Shown here: positions 12,809 through 24,920 of the stretch, in pieces | Layout of the letters: each line of letters starts with the position of its first letter | How positions within the stretch are numbered: the first letter of the stretch is position 1 | From: Octopus vulgaris | Taxonomy: Eukaryota | Direction: 5' to 3' | Assembly: GCA_951406725.2 (NCBI GenBank) | Contig: OX597815.1 | Coordinates: forward strand, 56,730,001-56,794,000 | DNA: 64,000 bases | Notes under the pieces: generated by a model | The model's input: the letters and a program-made list of their open reading frames with translations, nothing else | Told to the model about the DNA's origin: nothing | The model's database searches: none | Program-made: the position numbers and the translations under genes

Positions 12809-13961
12809 GTGCGGCCTATGCGACATGGAAAGATGGCTTATCTGGAAAAGCAGCTTAGACACTACTACATGTCTAAATTCAAGGACAGAACTTTTCGGAT
12901 CATGCCCACACGTGACAAAGTTCTTGTTACGTTTTTGGTCCCCCCAAGAATACAGAAAGAACTTGCTTTCTATATTATGTCCCAAAAAGTTTTTTATCTC
13001 ATTATACCTTTTATTTTTTCATATATTTTTATATTTTTACACATAATAATTTTTTCTGTACTCTTCCATCCTGCATTTTTTCTTGTGCCTATATAGACGT
13101 GTATATAGATTCATTTGTATGCGTGTGTGAATATGTATGAGTGGGCTGGTATGTATGTATATAGATGTGTGCGTGTGTGCGGGCATAAGAATACATATAT
13201 ATATAGATGTTTTTACTCAGTATTTTTACAATTTTTTCAGTTTTTTGGACATATGTATAATCCTTTTTTTGTGTATGTGTGTGTGTGTGCGTATATAAAC
13301 ATGTGCGGGTATGTACATATATGGGCGTGTGTGTGTGTGTGTGCTTAAGGGCATGTCCGTATATGAACATGGTTTTATGCTTTGTATATTTCCTTATGTT
13401 TTTTTCTGTTTTGTTGCTTTTTTTCTGTATTGCTTTTTTCTGTATTGTTACCTTTAACAATGTTTTTTCTTGTGCTTGTGCGTATGTAGACGTATGTATG
13501 AAATTTTACGGTGCGCGTGTGTGTGTACGAGTTTGTATATATATGTGTATACATTTGGCGAAAAATGCAAGTGAAGATGTGTACGTTTTCATAGTGACGT
13601 ATACGTACGCACGTGGGTGTGCGAGCGCACATGTGTGCATATGAGTAGGCATGCTTATGTGTTTACTATAAACTTTTAACCTTATTTTAATTAGCGGTCA
13701 TTGGATTAGCGCTTTTATATAAGTAGCGGAATTATAACACAGTAATTTCCCTTTGTATAACGGTCTTTTTTCATAGCGTTTTTCAGATGGCCAGATAACC
13801 AAAGAGATGGTGTTGTGGATTTTCACCTCGGTATCCAAAACTCAGAGTTTTATCTTGGCTATTGAATAATTGTCACATATTATTTTACAGATAAATTTCC
13901 TCTATTTACATAATATTGAAGTCTCTTTCTTTCTTTTGTTATCTTACCGTTTTTACCAATA
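12809..13961 (+). mobile_element. Inverted PLE C-terminus plus pseudo-LTR/3' UTR
   Basis: CGLCDMERWLIWKSS...LNSRTELFGSCPH on the + strand matches the C-terminus of the 57401-58033 ORF; followed by a microsatellite-rich tail and a hammerhead remnant. Confidence 0.85.
13791..13858 (+). ncRNA. Degenerate minimal hammerhead ribozyme in PLE pseudo-LTR
   Basis: ccagataa-CCAAAGA-gatg...tatcc-AAAACTCAGAGTT-ttatcttgg; same family as 62687-62754, but both core boxes are mutated. Confidence 0.6.
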
Positions 13962-14458
13962 TATATATATATATATATATATATCAGTAATTGTTTGGAC
14001 TTTAGGTACATGTCTATTAGTATACCAATTAAAGCACATTCTCTGTTTGGGTTACCTTATGTCATTCACAGTTACAGTATAATTTTCACTGGATTTACAT
14101 CAGGAATTCAACAGTGTTGATTTAGTTTATAATTGATGAGGGAAACAGAAAATGGATCCACTTTCCGTTTCCTTCATCAACTATATATCTATGTGTGTGT
14201 GTTTGCTTCCATCTCCATGCCTGTATTTTTGTTTATCAGTAGTTTCATGAGTTGTGTCCTTTAATATTAAAAAGAAGTGTAACTTGATGATTTAATAGAA
14301 ATAAGCTGCATTGGAATTACTTCAACCAGGGAAACTACAAACATCATAGGATTAATCATAGTAGTGTACAAAAGAAAAAATAATGATAATAAATTGACAA
14401 CATAAGTAAAAAGAAATTCTGAAATTACTCAGCTAAAAAAGATAACCTTGAAAGACTA

Positions 14459-15257
14459 CCATAAATCCTCAAGTATAATCCGCATCTTTTTCCCAAAATT
14501 TAAAGGTCAAAATCCCTAGTGCATACTATATACAAGGTTAAAAATGAAAAATATTTTCTAAGCAATGTCCGAGTCTCTATTTGCTGTCTGGCAACATTTA
14601 TTCAGACGCCTTTTGTGATGTCGGACATGAAAATGCCTTAAGCTTAGCCTGAAAGCAATGAAGTCATAAAGTGATTTATGGACTGAATGGATGTCGACTG
14701 GAGAAAAGTCTTTCACTAAAGCTGGAAGGGTTCGCGCTCCCGACCTGACTTTGATATGCAAGTAGATCGTGTATGCATGGAATGAACTTGATCCTCAGAT
14801 TATTGTGAAAAGTTTTATCAAATGTTGTATATCATCTGCACTGGGTGGTACTCAGGATGATGTTGTTGACTATGAATCTGACGATAACGGAGATTTACAC
14901 TATAGTGATGCTGACATGTTTACGGAGAAACAAATAGTCATAACTGATAGTCATAAATATATAAAGGCGATTTACTTAATATTTATCTTTCACTGACGTT
15001 ATTACTGTTATTTCTTTATTTTCTGCAAACAAAATGCACAAAAAAGCTACACATTTGCATTATGTTATGTATACAATAATAATAAAGGACGTTACCATAT
15101 ACATTTTTACAAACCAAGGACATTATATAGACCTACTTGACTCAAGTTAGAGAAGGGGTGCGTATTATACACCAGGTTTAGATTTTTCAGAGGTACAGCC
15201 CGCTAAAAATCCACTGCATATTATACTCAAGGGCGGACTATATTTGAGGATTTATGG
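14459..15257 (+). mobile_element. pogo/Tigger-like internally deleted DNA transposon
   Basis: TA|ccataaatcctcaagtataatccgc ... gcggactatatttgaggatttatgg|TA (TIRs with TA TSD); retains SFTKAGRVRAP...YAWNELDPQIIVKSFIKCCIS, the pogo transposase C-terminus. Confidence 0.85.
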
Positions 15258-15354
15258 TACACATCAACACTACATACAACAATAATGGTTATCATTCTTT
15301 TAGCCTTTTACTTGTTTCAGTCATCCGACTGCATGGTTGCAGTTGGATGACTGA

Positions 15355-15435
15355 AACGCTTAATCGCCATACGACAAAATATCAATGCTTAATCACCATA
15401 CTACAAAATATCAACGCTTAATCACTATACTACAT
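15355..15435. repeat. 29-bp tandem repeat, ~2.8 copies
   Basis: Unit aacgcttaatcgccatacgacaaaatatc. Confidence 0.85.
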
Positions 15436-16088
15436 ACAAATTTGGCACACAAAAAGTAAGACAAAACACTCAAACGAACTAGAAGGCCTTAGTGTTGTAG
15501 CTTGATTTGCTAGAAATAAAAGTGAAATCTCTCTTAAATTATAACTTACTTTCTTATAGAAATACTGGATGGTATAATGGCTGAAGTGTCTTTGATGACC
15601 TTTGATAGCATTTGCTAACTTGACCTTTGACAGTAATTGTTAAGCCCGTGTAGAGCAAAGGAATACATCTAAATTTTTTTCTTTAATGACTTAGCCTACC
15701 TATGATCTATTTGCAAATATTTGAACTAGGTCTCAGAGACGCAACCATTGATCAAGTGGTGTGTTAATCTGGGTAGTAGGTAATGTTTATTACCCAAGAA
15801 GTAAAATTCATTTTAAAGATTTCCATACAGTTTCTATTTACCTAGTTTCAGTTGTAAGTCATTGATCTTCATATATCTTATTCCTAAATATACACTGGGT
15901 TTAAAGTGGAGACCATTACTTCTAAACAAGAGTAGTAATGCCCTTCTCTCTTAGTATTTGTGTAGTAATTATTGAACATTTAAACCTATCTCTCAGTAAT
16001 ACTTAGCTGAAGTCTGTGGTGGGCTTACTCACTGAGCTGCAGCAAGCATTATTGACATTGCTTTTTTGATTTTCCTGAGTTTCCACTG

Positions 16089-16149
16089 TGAAAGAAGGAA
16101 ATATATCACTATGAAATGTCATTTCATAGTGATATATTTCCTTCTTTCA
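16089..16149. repeat. Perfect palindrome, 30-bp arms with 1-nt centre
   Basis: tgaaagaaggaaatatatcactatgaaatg-t-catttcatagtgatatatttccttctttca. Confidence 0.95.
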
Positions 16150-17430
16150 TAGGGATTGTTAGAAATAAAGATTGCAAATTCAAATCCAACCTGCTACATA
16201 GTATCATACATGGTTAGGAATAAGATAAGTGGTGATAGAAGCAATTGATATGGGGCAAATGGAAATATTGCAAATATAGACTTGGATTAATCTATAAATA
16301 TAAATTTGATATGGGTGATTCTTTCTTGTCTTGGGATTCACGGTCAAATGGCTGGGTGGAATTGCGTGAAAAATTACACAGATGTGGAGAATGGTCTGGT
16401 GGTGATGCTGGGCTGTGTATTTTTTCATAGCTCCCATGGTTATCGAGATAATCTACTAAAATAATACTTTTGTGTTTATGAATGAGAAAGGAAGGAATGA
16501 TAGATGAATAAGGAAGGAAGGGATGTCATACTTGGTAGTGTACGCTGAAAAAATAAATCAGTGTTTCAGCTCTATGTGAATATATGTGTGTGTATGCGTG
16601 TGTGTGCCTGTGTGTGTGCATTCAATGGAAGTGGGATGGTTCATCTTTGTTCGCTTAGTATTTCGGTTTATTTCTGATTTGGTTGAATCTTGGTTGTTTT
16701 TTTTTTGGTGGTCAGTTATTTTTAGTGCTTTGACAGAAAAATGTCCTTCTAAAATTGTTTTTTAATGTAAGCATGTTCAAACAAGTTGAATGCTTACACA
16801 GAGCAGGTTTTACATCATCCAAACCATCTGGGTGAAACTGCGCTTAGCTGCTAGTCTATATCTATATAAGTCAGGATTGTGTGTGTACGTGAATGTAATT
16901 TATGCACGTCCACAAATAGTATGCATGTTGCTCCAGTTTTAGGAGGACAATGATCACAAACATGGCTGTGCTTTTGTCAACTTATTTTTCCCGAGGTACC
17001 TGCGGATAGTGGTAAAAATCGATTTTCAACCATAACTTTTACCAGTTTCTACGTCAGTAAAATCTGTAAGTTTGCTATCATGAGTTAAGTCCCCTGTCTT
17101 GCAATGGTGAAAAGTATTATACAGAAAAACAAAAGGTAAATTCCCACACGATTTTCATTAAGGAAAAAAAAACCCTGACCTTCTAATATGCTGCAAATCC
17201 CTTATTTTGGTTTAGATAAAAGTGGGGACCCCTCTTCCCCATCCTGGAATCATTGGAATTTTTTTTTTTTTCATTGAATGAATTCCTGTGACCTCTTAAT
17301 ATGCTACAAAACCCTTTTTGGGGTCTGAAAATCAGGGTGGGGTGAGGTGGAAGCCTTGGAAATTTTACCCACTCCCAAAATTTTACAGAAATGAATTTTC
17401 CAGAGTTTAAATTACGTGGTTCGTTATTAA

Positions 17431-17465
<35 letters not shown>

Positions 17466-17489
17466 CATATATATATATACAGTAGAGAA

Positions 17490-17530
<41 letters not shown>

Positions 17531-17977
17531 GCGTGTATGTATGTAGACAGGTAAAAGTTTACTGACAAAGTGCTACTCACCTCTTTGCTGCCAAATAAAT
17601 GGATTAATTCTCAACAAAACACACTTTTTTCCTCGACTAAATATTTTCAGCTTTATACCAGCGTTTTAGGAAAAAAGAAAACAAAACTCATTTGTGCCCA
17701 AACTAATTTCTGTGTGTGTATGTGGGGGGGGGGGAGAGAAAGCTAAATGATTTAAAATAAATAAATAAGTGATTTAAAATAAATATGTCAATTGTTGTGT
17801 GAGAAAGTATATATATTCTGATGATAAAATGTATCTTTCAAAAAAAACTATATATATATAATTTAAAAATAGAATAAAATCTTTTATAAGAATTTATCAA
17901 GCAGTTAGCGTGAAAAACCTCAAAAATCCATCAATTTCTCTCTTAAATGTATTTATTTATATTATATTGAAGGCATT

Positions 17978-18319
17978 CATCATCATCATCATCATCGTTT
18001 AGCGTCCGTTTTCCATGCTAGCATGGGTTGGACGGTTCTACTGGGGTCTGTGAAGCCAGAAGGCTTCATCAGGCCCAGTCAAATCTGGCAGTGTTTCTAC
18101 GGCTGGATGCCCTTCCTAACGCCAACCACTCCGTGAGTGTAGTGGGTGCTTTTTACGTGCCACCCGCACTGGTGCCAGACAGAGCTGGCAAACGGCCACG
18201 AACGGATGGTGCTTTTTATGTGCCACCGGCACGAGGGCCAGGCGAGGCTGGCAACGGACACGAAACGGGGCGGTGCTGGCAACGGTCGCGAAACGGAAAG
18301 TTCTCTTACATGCCACCGA
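17978..18319 (+). mobile_element. RTE-related SINE, young CpG-rich copy
   Basis: (CAT)n-CGTTTAGCGTCCGTTTTCCATGCTAGCATGGGTTGGACGG...GGATGCCCTTCCTAACGCCAACCAC; CpGs intact. Strand refers to the quoted motif. Confidence 0.85.
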
Positions 18320-18444
18320 CTATACATAAATGATACATGCTAGGAGGGACTCTTAAAGTCAAAACTACCAAAATAAATAAACATATAGTATCGAATGCAA
18401 GGGAATGCAACTCTCGAAGCAAGCCTTTTACAAACAGAATTCAG

Positions 18445-18503
18445 TTGCAAATCACATGATTTCATAATTAGTGCAGAAATGCACTTTTTAATCTTCAGTG
18501 CAA
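18445..18503 (-). ncRNA. Minimal type-I hammerhead ribozyme
   Basis: Minus strand: ttgca-CTGAAGA-ttaaaa agtgca tttc tgcact aattat-GAA-ATCA-tg-TGAT-T-tgcaa (stem I, core, stem II, short stem III, AUU site). Confidence 0.7.
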
Positions 18504-18591
18504 GCATAATTCAAGATTTATAATGAATGAACAAAAATCAACATACCAGATGAACATCCAATATTCATTCATTAGAAATCTTAAATTATGC

Positions 18592-18649
18592 TTACACTGA
18601 GAACTAAAAAGTGCATTTCTGCACTAATTATGAAATCATGTGATTTGCA
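18592..18649 (+). ncRNA. Mirror copy of the hammerhead with altered core (CTGAGAA)
   Basis: ttaca-CTGAGAA-ctaaaaagtgcatttctgcactaattat-GAAATCATGTGATT-tgca. Confidence 0.5.
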
Positions 18650-18786
18650 GCTGAATTCTGTTTTTAAAAGGCTCGCTTCGAGAGTTGCATTCCCTCACAT
18701 TTGATACTATGTGTTTATTTATTTTGGTAGTTTTGACTTTAAGAGTCCCTCTTAGCGTGTGGCATTTATGTATAGTAATGCCCTCA

Positions 18787-18829
<43 letters not shown>

Positions 18830-19961
18830 GCACACACTCACACTCTGGAAAATTTGTTTCTGTAAAATATTTTTTTTTCTTAAACACACAAGCTATAGCC
18901 TATAAATTTAGGATGCTTTTGAAATGCAGATCTCTGAGGCAACTGTCTTTGATGCAGCCTTGACTGATAGTACTCCTATGAGGCGTTAGGACTTGGTCAG
19001 GATTAGTTGCTGCCTTTTAGAGGCTCCCAAGACCCCTTTCACTAGGTTAGCTTAGGCTTAGGTTAAAGCTTATTTGTGATCCGAACATAACCTCTTCTGA
19101 CACAGAGGATTGGGAGCCCTTTTGGGCATTCTATATGCCTTGCTAGAAGGGCTCCCAATCAATGGGCCAAGGGGGGTTAGATGATTGGGGGTTCGAAAGG
19201 GCCAGCATGTGCAACCTGATCACCTCTCCCAGTCAAACTCCTAACCCATGCATTCCTTTCACGACACTGATTCTGCAGAACTGTGTTGGGTGTGAAAACC
19301 AACTTTAAAGTATAAATATAGATTTTTTAAAATCAGCAATGTTGTTTTCAGTTAAGTCCTATTTGGGATGAAATTCAATAAATTGATTCCTTATGGGGTT
19401 TTCTATTCAGCCAGGATGAAAAATCGATAAACTGACTCCCTATAGGATTTCCCACTAAAATTGGCTACACCCAATTTTCAGCCATAACTTTTACCAATTT
19501 TGACTTATTTTGTTCAAACTTGATGCCAGCATTACTTAGAACTCATGGGATCTTTGAATGCTTTAAGTTCTCCAAAAAAAAGAAACAATTGATGAGTGGA
19601 AAAATCGATAAACCGATTCCTTATGGGATGTCCCAATCAAATTGTCTGCAACCCATTTTCAGCCAAACTTTTACCAATTTCAATAGATTTCCCTCAAATT
19701 TGACATCGATGTTACTTAGTTTGGTTTGAAACATAGTGCTTGATTAGCTTAATAATCCTAACTTAATCCCGGGCTATGCCAGGTTATACTGCTAGTAGTC
19801 AGTAAAAAGATTTAGAAGAGATTGGCATACAGATTCCCAGTGATAATATTGCACGGCCTGATTAACAAAACTACTAAATCCATTCTTTGTATGCCTTGAA
19901 ATATGAAAATTAATGCACCAGCTGATTACTGGAATGTGGTAGAACAACTTCCTCAATTAGT

Positions 19962-21915
19962 GTTGTTGTAAGGCACAAAATAAAGTTGCTCTTACCTCAA
20001 GTTACAATCAGTGACAATCTTTCCAAGCATAGGATCGCGGGAAAACCATCTAGACCTCACAGTTGTAACCATGTGCAAGCTCTCCCAACCACTCGCCAGT
20101 AAGGACTACTAGTATACAACCTCTCCCAGCACACGACTTGACTTTGTCACAGACCCCATAAGAAAGAGGCCATCTTCAACCTGTTGCTTTCTAACATGAC
20201 ATTATGTCAGCTCCCTTCTGGCTTCTTCATGACATCACCACCTCTCCCTTCTGGTTACTCATCCTTCCTCCACCATCACCACCCCCAATCTAAAGGTCAC
20301 TGCTCTTCTATTCCATTTTATAATCATCCATCCACTCGGCAGGGTGATGTTCCCTTTGAGATCTCTGTAGGGTTATGGTGCTGGCCTCTCCCTTCTCATC
20401 CTCAGCTGAAGAGCTAATCACCCTTCAAATATCCAAGATGTGATGTGGCATTCCATCCATTCAGAGTACTGTTCACGATCACCCTTCCTTTTTCCCACTG
20501 CATTGTACACTGAGCATTTGAAGGTTTCACCCACACTTTGTCTCTGACCTGTATAGATGTGACCCTTTTCACCTCTGGCTGCTGTGGCACCATGCTTGGG
20601 TGTCTCCATTTGTATCAGAATATGGCCAATTGCCCTACCCTGGGCAACATGTTGTACTTGAAGACTGCTTCCGTGGGGGAAATTCGTCCCCTCAGCCATA
20701 GCTTTCATAGCTATGATGGTACTATTCCACAATCCCTTTTCCACCTGGCTTGTATGCAACTCTGAAGAAGCATCTTATGTTCCACATTTAGAGCATCTCT
20801 CTCTCAGCTGCTCTGAGCAAAAACATGTACTATTGTCCTTCAATAGCTCATCTACAGGTCCCCTTTCCAAGAACACTGCATTCAGCACTTCTGCAATTTC
20901 AGCAGCAGTGCTGTCTCCACCCTGATTTCTCATCACTTGGCCATCTACTCTGGCCCACAATCGACCATTGAGAGGCTTAACTTATCCTGATAGTGCATCA
21001 CATCAATGGCAAGCCTCTTCCAGTCTTCCTCCACCCAAATCTTTCCTGTTTCATATACACTCAGTGCAAGGTTGATGGATTAGCACCTGTTGCAATTCCC
21101 CACCACCTTCCAAACACTCTCTCTGACGACATCGGACTCAACCGTCCTGGCCAAAAACAATGTCCTGTCAACCCCCATGTGGTGCATGTTGTGCAGCCTC
21201 CTCAATTCTGGGCCCTCTAGCCAACAAACCACAGCTACTTCAATTGGAACATCCTCTGTTGTTTCCAATGAATACTTTTTTACTCCGGTTAGAATATCCA
21301 CCATATTCTTTTCCAAGGGGACGAAGACCACATGCCGAACTCAACAGCTCTTTTGATGCTACCCACCCCACACTGATATGTTTGTAGTCATTCTTCTTCC
21401 TAAGCCATGCCATGTCTTCCACCTTAACACTTATTTTCAGAATGACTGTCAATGTTATACTGATCATGTCACAACACCTGATCCCTTTTTTTTTTATCAG
21501 GAACATACTAACTACCTTTCTGTGGATTTTTCACTTGCACTCTCTCCAAGACATCTCGCATCATTGCAATTATCTTCTCTCTCATTTTATCACCCCAGTT
21601 CACTCCTTCTGTTCACCTTTTGATGTAGTTCCATTCCATTTGGAGTCATCCTTCAATAGGGTAGTTACTCACCAGCTTCCCACACATCAAGAATAGTCTT
21701 CGCCATATCCTGATTTAGGTTCGGGATTGTGTTTCCTCTGCAAAACACAAGCCTACCCACTTTATCTCTTTCAAGTCTGAGCCCCAGCACTGTGCCACCT
21801 TCTATTGCTTACAGTAGTTTTGTCGTCAGGCTGAACTTTCTAAGAGGATTCAAAACTTCCTCTGTTAATGCCACTCTCATCTACCAGGATGTCATCAATA
21901 TATGAACTGGTAACC
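19962..21915 (-). mobile_element. 5'-truncated Gypsy LTR retrotransposon (end of RT, RNase H, integrase, probable 3' LTR)
   Basis: YIDDILV at ~21900; LRRLHNMHHMGVDRTLFLAR...CNRC (integrase HHCC); LNAVFLERGPVDELLKDNST (integrase core). Confidence 0.8.
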
Positions 21916-22084
21916 TACTCCACTTTGATGTAGATATTACAAATATGACTAATTAAACTGTATGTGATATATAAATAGAAATACTAAACATGAACTAATT
22001 GTATGTGATCACAAACTATATGAACAGAATGTAATATGAATGGCATGCATACACATGAGATGAATAAACTTCTAGATTTACTCT

Positions 22085-22260
22085 CTTTGGCACTTCTTTA
22101 TATACAATGTTTTTTGTAAGAGTTTTACCTTCTTGTTTGCCTTGCCTGTTAATATCAACTACTCTTACTGCCACATCAGACAATTTCCTGGCCCTAGAAA
22201 ATGCCACATATTATAAGTGTCCATGGCTGAACACAAGATGTGGAAAATATATTCCAAATT
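22085..22260 (-). pseudogene. Helitron RepHel (Pif1-like helicase) C-terminal fragment
   Basis: VFSHGHL*YVAFSRARKLSDV...KTLTKNIVYKEV matches helicase motif VI and the usual Helitron C-terminus. Confidence 0.8.
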
Positions 22261-22419
22261 TGTTAAATGCCTTATTGTCAGAGAGTAGGAAGCCTTACAG
22301 GAAACTGAACTCAATCTGAAATGAGAGGAAGGTTAGAGTTGTTTCAAGCCAGTTTCAAGTGAAGTATTCGGGAGTAAATTCCTTCTTGTGGACCTATTAT
22401 CAAAGTAAAGTAATCTTCT

Positions 22420-22580
22420 TGAGTCCTTCCAACTCATAAAGGCTGATTCCATGGCATGTATATTCCCTGCCTGGACAGGATACCACTCCATTGCAGGATT
22501 ACTCATTTTTTCCAGCTGAGCGGACTGGAGCAACATGAAATGAAGTGTTTTGCTCAAGGGCACAACCTATTCCCAGTTCA
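22420..22580 (-). mobile_element. Partial SINE
   Basis: gccagctgag-like core: ccagctgagcggactggagcaacatgaaatgaagtgttttgctcaagggcacaac. Confidence 0.55.
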
Positions 22581-23089
22581 GATTATTTTCATTTCTTCTC
22601 ATTTCACTTCAGTTCAGTGAGCTTTCTATTTGCATGTCTTAAAATATATCTCTCTATTTTCATAACTTTTGATAGGCTCACCCACCCACCTTACTTGTCT
22701 ACCTAAGTAACTATCATCTTTACTATACCTTCTGTCGATATGTGTATTTGTTCACTTTCATAATACTGGTAAGCATTTAAATCTGATAACAAAAAAAAAC
22801 AGTTACCCCAGCATGGCCACAGGTTTTAGTTTCGAACAAATAAAAGATAAAAGTGTACCTTCCATAGCTATTTGCTAACTAATGTTATTTCACTTTAATT
22901 TAATTATTTATCACTATATTGTTAAATTACAGAATCTTCATGACATTCTTTCATTATGTTAAACATTTTGATCATGCCTGCGATTTTAACATACAAATGC
23001 AGAATATAGACCTTCTCCCTCCCTTTCGCTCTTATTTTGTGTTTTCCTTTTCTACTTTTTTCATTGATTCTATTATTTCTGTTTCTTTC

Positions 23090-24920
23090 TGTTGTGGCGA
23101 GAGTCATTAACACCCCTGGGGGATTGGAAGAACGGACTAGCCAAACTCTTATAAAGAGTAATGACTAGAGGTTGGTAAGAATTCCACGTTGAATTCACAC
23201 CAAACCTGTAAGTTGCTGTAATGGTAGTTGTTCAAATTACTGTGTGTTATTGCTATTGTTGTTGTTGTTGCAACTGCACCACACAAGCTAATAAATCTTC
23301 CATGTTCATGATTTTTTGCTTTGATTTCATACCAAAAAAAAATTTTAACATCCAATGCAAGCTTCAAATATCTCGTCGCCACTTTTATATCCCTATCATT
23401 TCCTTGCCTGATGTTGTAACGTAATTGTTGCCTGACTGCACACAGCACTCTTGTTTTTTGTTGTACTGAGCACTCTTGTTTTTCGCTTGAATGAACTTCA
23501 GTGTGTTTTTTTAACCCCAAGAAGACATCACCTCTAGCTGGTTAACACTGTACAGCTACATCTGATCTATTGTGAGCAGGGGGATCGAACCCCTACCACA
23601 TTCTAGAAATGGGACCAACTCACAGTAATTCAATACAAAACTAACACACCAACTCTTATCGACCTCTTGGTGCTACACTTTATAAGAATTCAGCTTGCTC
23701 AAGGTTATCAATGACTCTTGCCACAACATCTCCCACTTTTAGATTGACTTCCATTGGAAGTTAATATTATTTTTATTTATTAATTTTTCTTTCCCTTTTC
23801 GAGATTTTCCTCCTAGGGAAGTTTAATATTTCTTCCATTTAGGCACTACTTTCAACCATTCTGTTTGTTTCCTCTTTCTTGTGCTGCTCTGCCTAGCTTC
23901 AATTTCTTGAGGTGTTGGATGTAGTGCCTAAATGGCAGGAATATTAAACTTCCCTCTTAGGAAAATCTCGAAAAGGGAGATGTGATGAAAGAAAAATAAA
24001 TAAATAAAAATAATAATATTAACTTCCAGTGGAAGTCAATCTCAAAGGGAGAGATGCTGTGGTGAGAGTCATTGACACCCTAGAGGACTGGAAGAATGGA
24101 CTAGCCAAATTCTTATAAAGAGTAGCGACAAGAGGTTGGTAACAGTTGGTGTGTTAGTTCTGTATTGAACTCAAACCAAACCTGCAAGTTACTGTAATGG
24201 TAGTTGTTTGAATTACTGTGAGTTGGTCCCATTACTAGAATGTGGTAGGTGTTCGATTCTCCTGCTCACAGTATATCGGATGTAGCTATGCAGTGTTAAC
24301 CAGCTAGAAGAGATGTCTTCTTTGGGTTACTTTCAACCGTTCTGTTTGCTTCCTCTTATGCTGCTCCACCTAGTTTCAGTTTCTTGTGGTGTTGGAAGTA
24401 GTGTCTAAATGGCAGAAATATTAAACTTCCCTAGGAGGAAAATCTCAAAAAGGGAGATGTGATGATAAATAAATAAAGATAATAATATTAACTTCCACCA
24501 GAAGTCAATCTCAAAGGGGAAGATCTTGTGGCAAGAGTCATTGACACATCTTGGAGCCTGGAAGACTGGATTATCCGAACTCTTATAAAGAATAGCAACA
24601 AGAGGTTGGTAGAAGGTCGGTAAGAGTTGGTGTGTTAGTTCCACATTGAACTGGCACCAAACCCATAAGTTGCTGTAATGGTAGTTGTTTGAATTACTGT
24701 GTGTTGGTCTCGTCACTAGAATGTGATAGGAGTTCAATTCCCCTGCACACAATATATTGGCTGCAGCTAGAGGAGATGTCTTCTTGGGATTAAAAAAAAA
24801 ACAAAGGTACTAACAATTGTGCTTAGTACAAAAAAACAAGAGTGCTAACCAGAGTGCTTAGTACAACAAAAAGGAGTGCTGTGTGCAACAAACTATACTA
24901 CCTAAAAGTCAGGCAACAAC
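23090..24920. repeat. Cluster of four rearranged copies of a ~500-bp LTR-like sequence
   Basis: + fragment 23090-23240; - copy 23412-23856; + copies 23913-24329 and 24390-24920; consensus ends TGTTGG...TTACAACA. Confidence 0.8.

Larger units (their letters stand above)
18320..18776. repeat. Long inverted repeat (~210-bp arms, ~30-bp spacer)
   Basis: actatacataaat...aatgaatgaa mirrored by ttcattcatt...atttatgtatagt. Confidence 0.95.
16855..19795 (+). mobile_element. Non-autonomous Helitron (~2.9 kb including nested insertions)
   Basis: Starts TCtatatctatataa; ends cccgggctatgccagg-ttatactg-CTAG|T; 19071-19795 matches 2739-3484. Continuity of the two ends is inferred. Confidence 0.6.

Noticed and set aside
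16204-16437. Overlapping short ORFs on both strands
   Set aside because: No recognisable domain or splice context.
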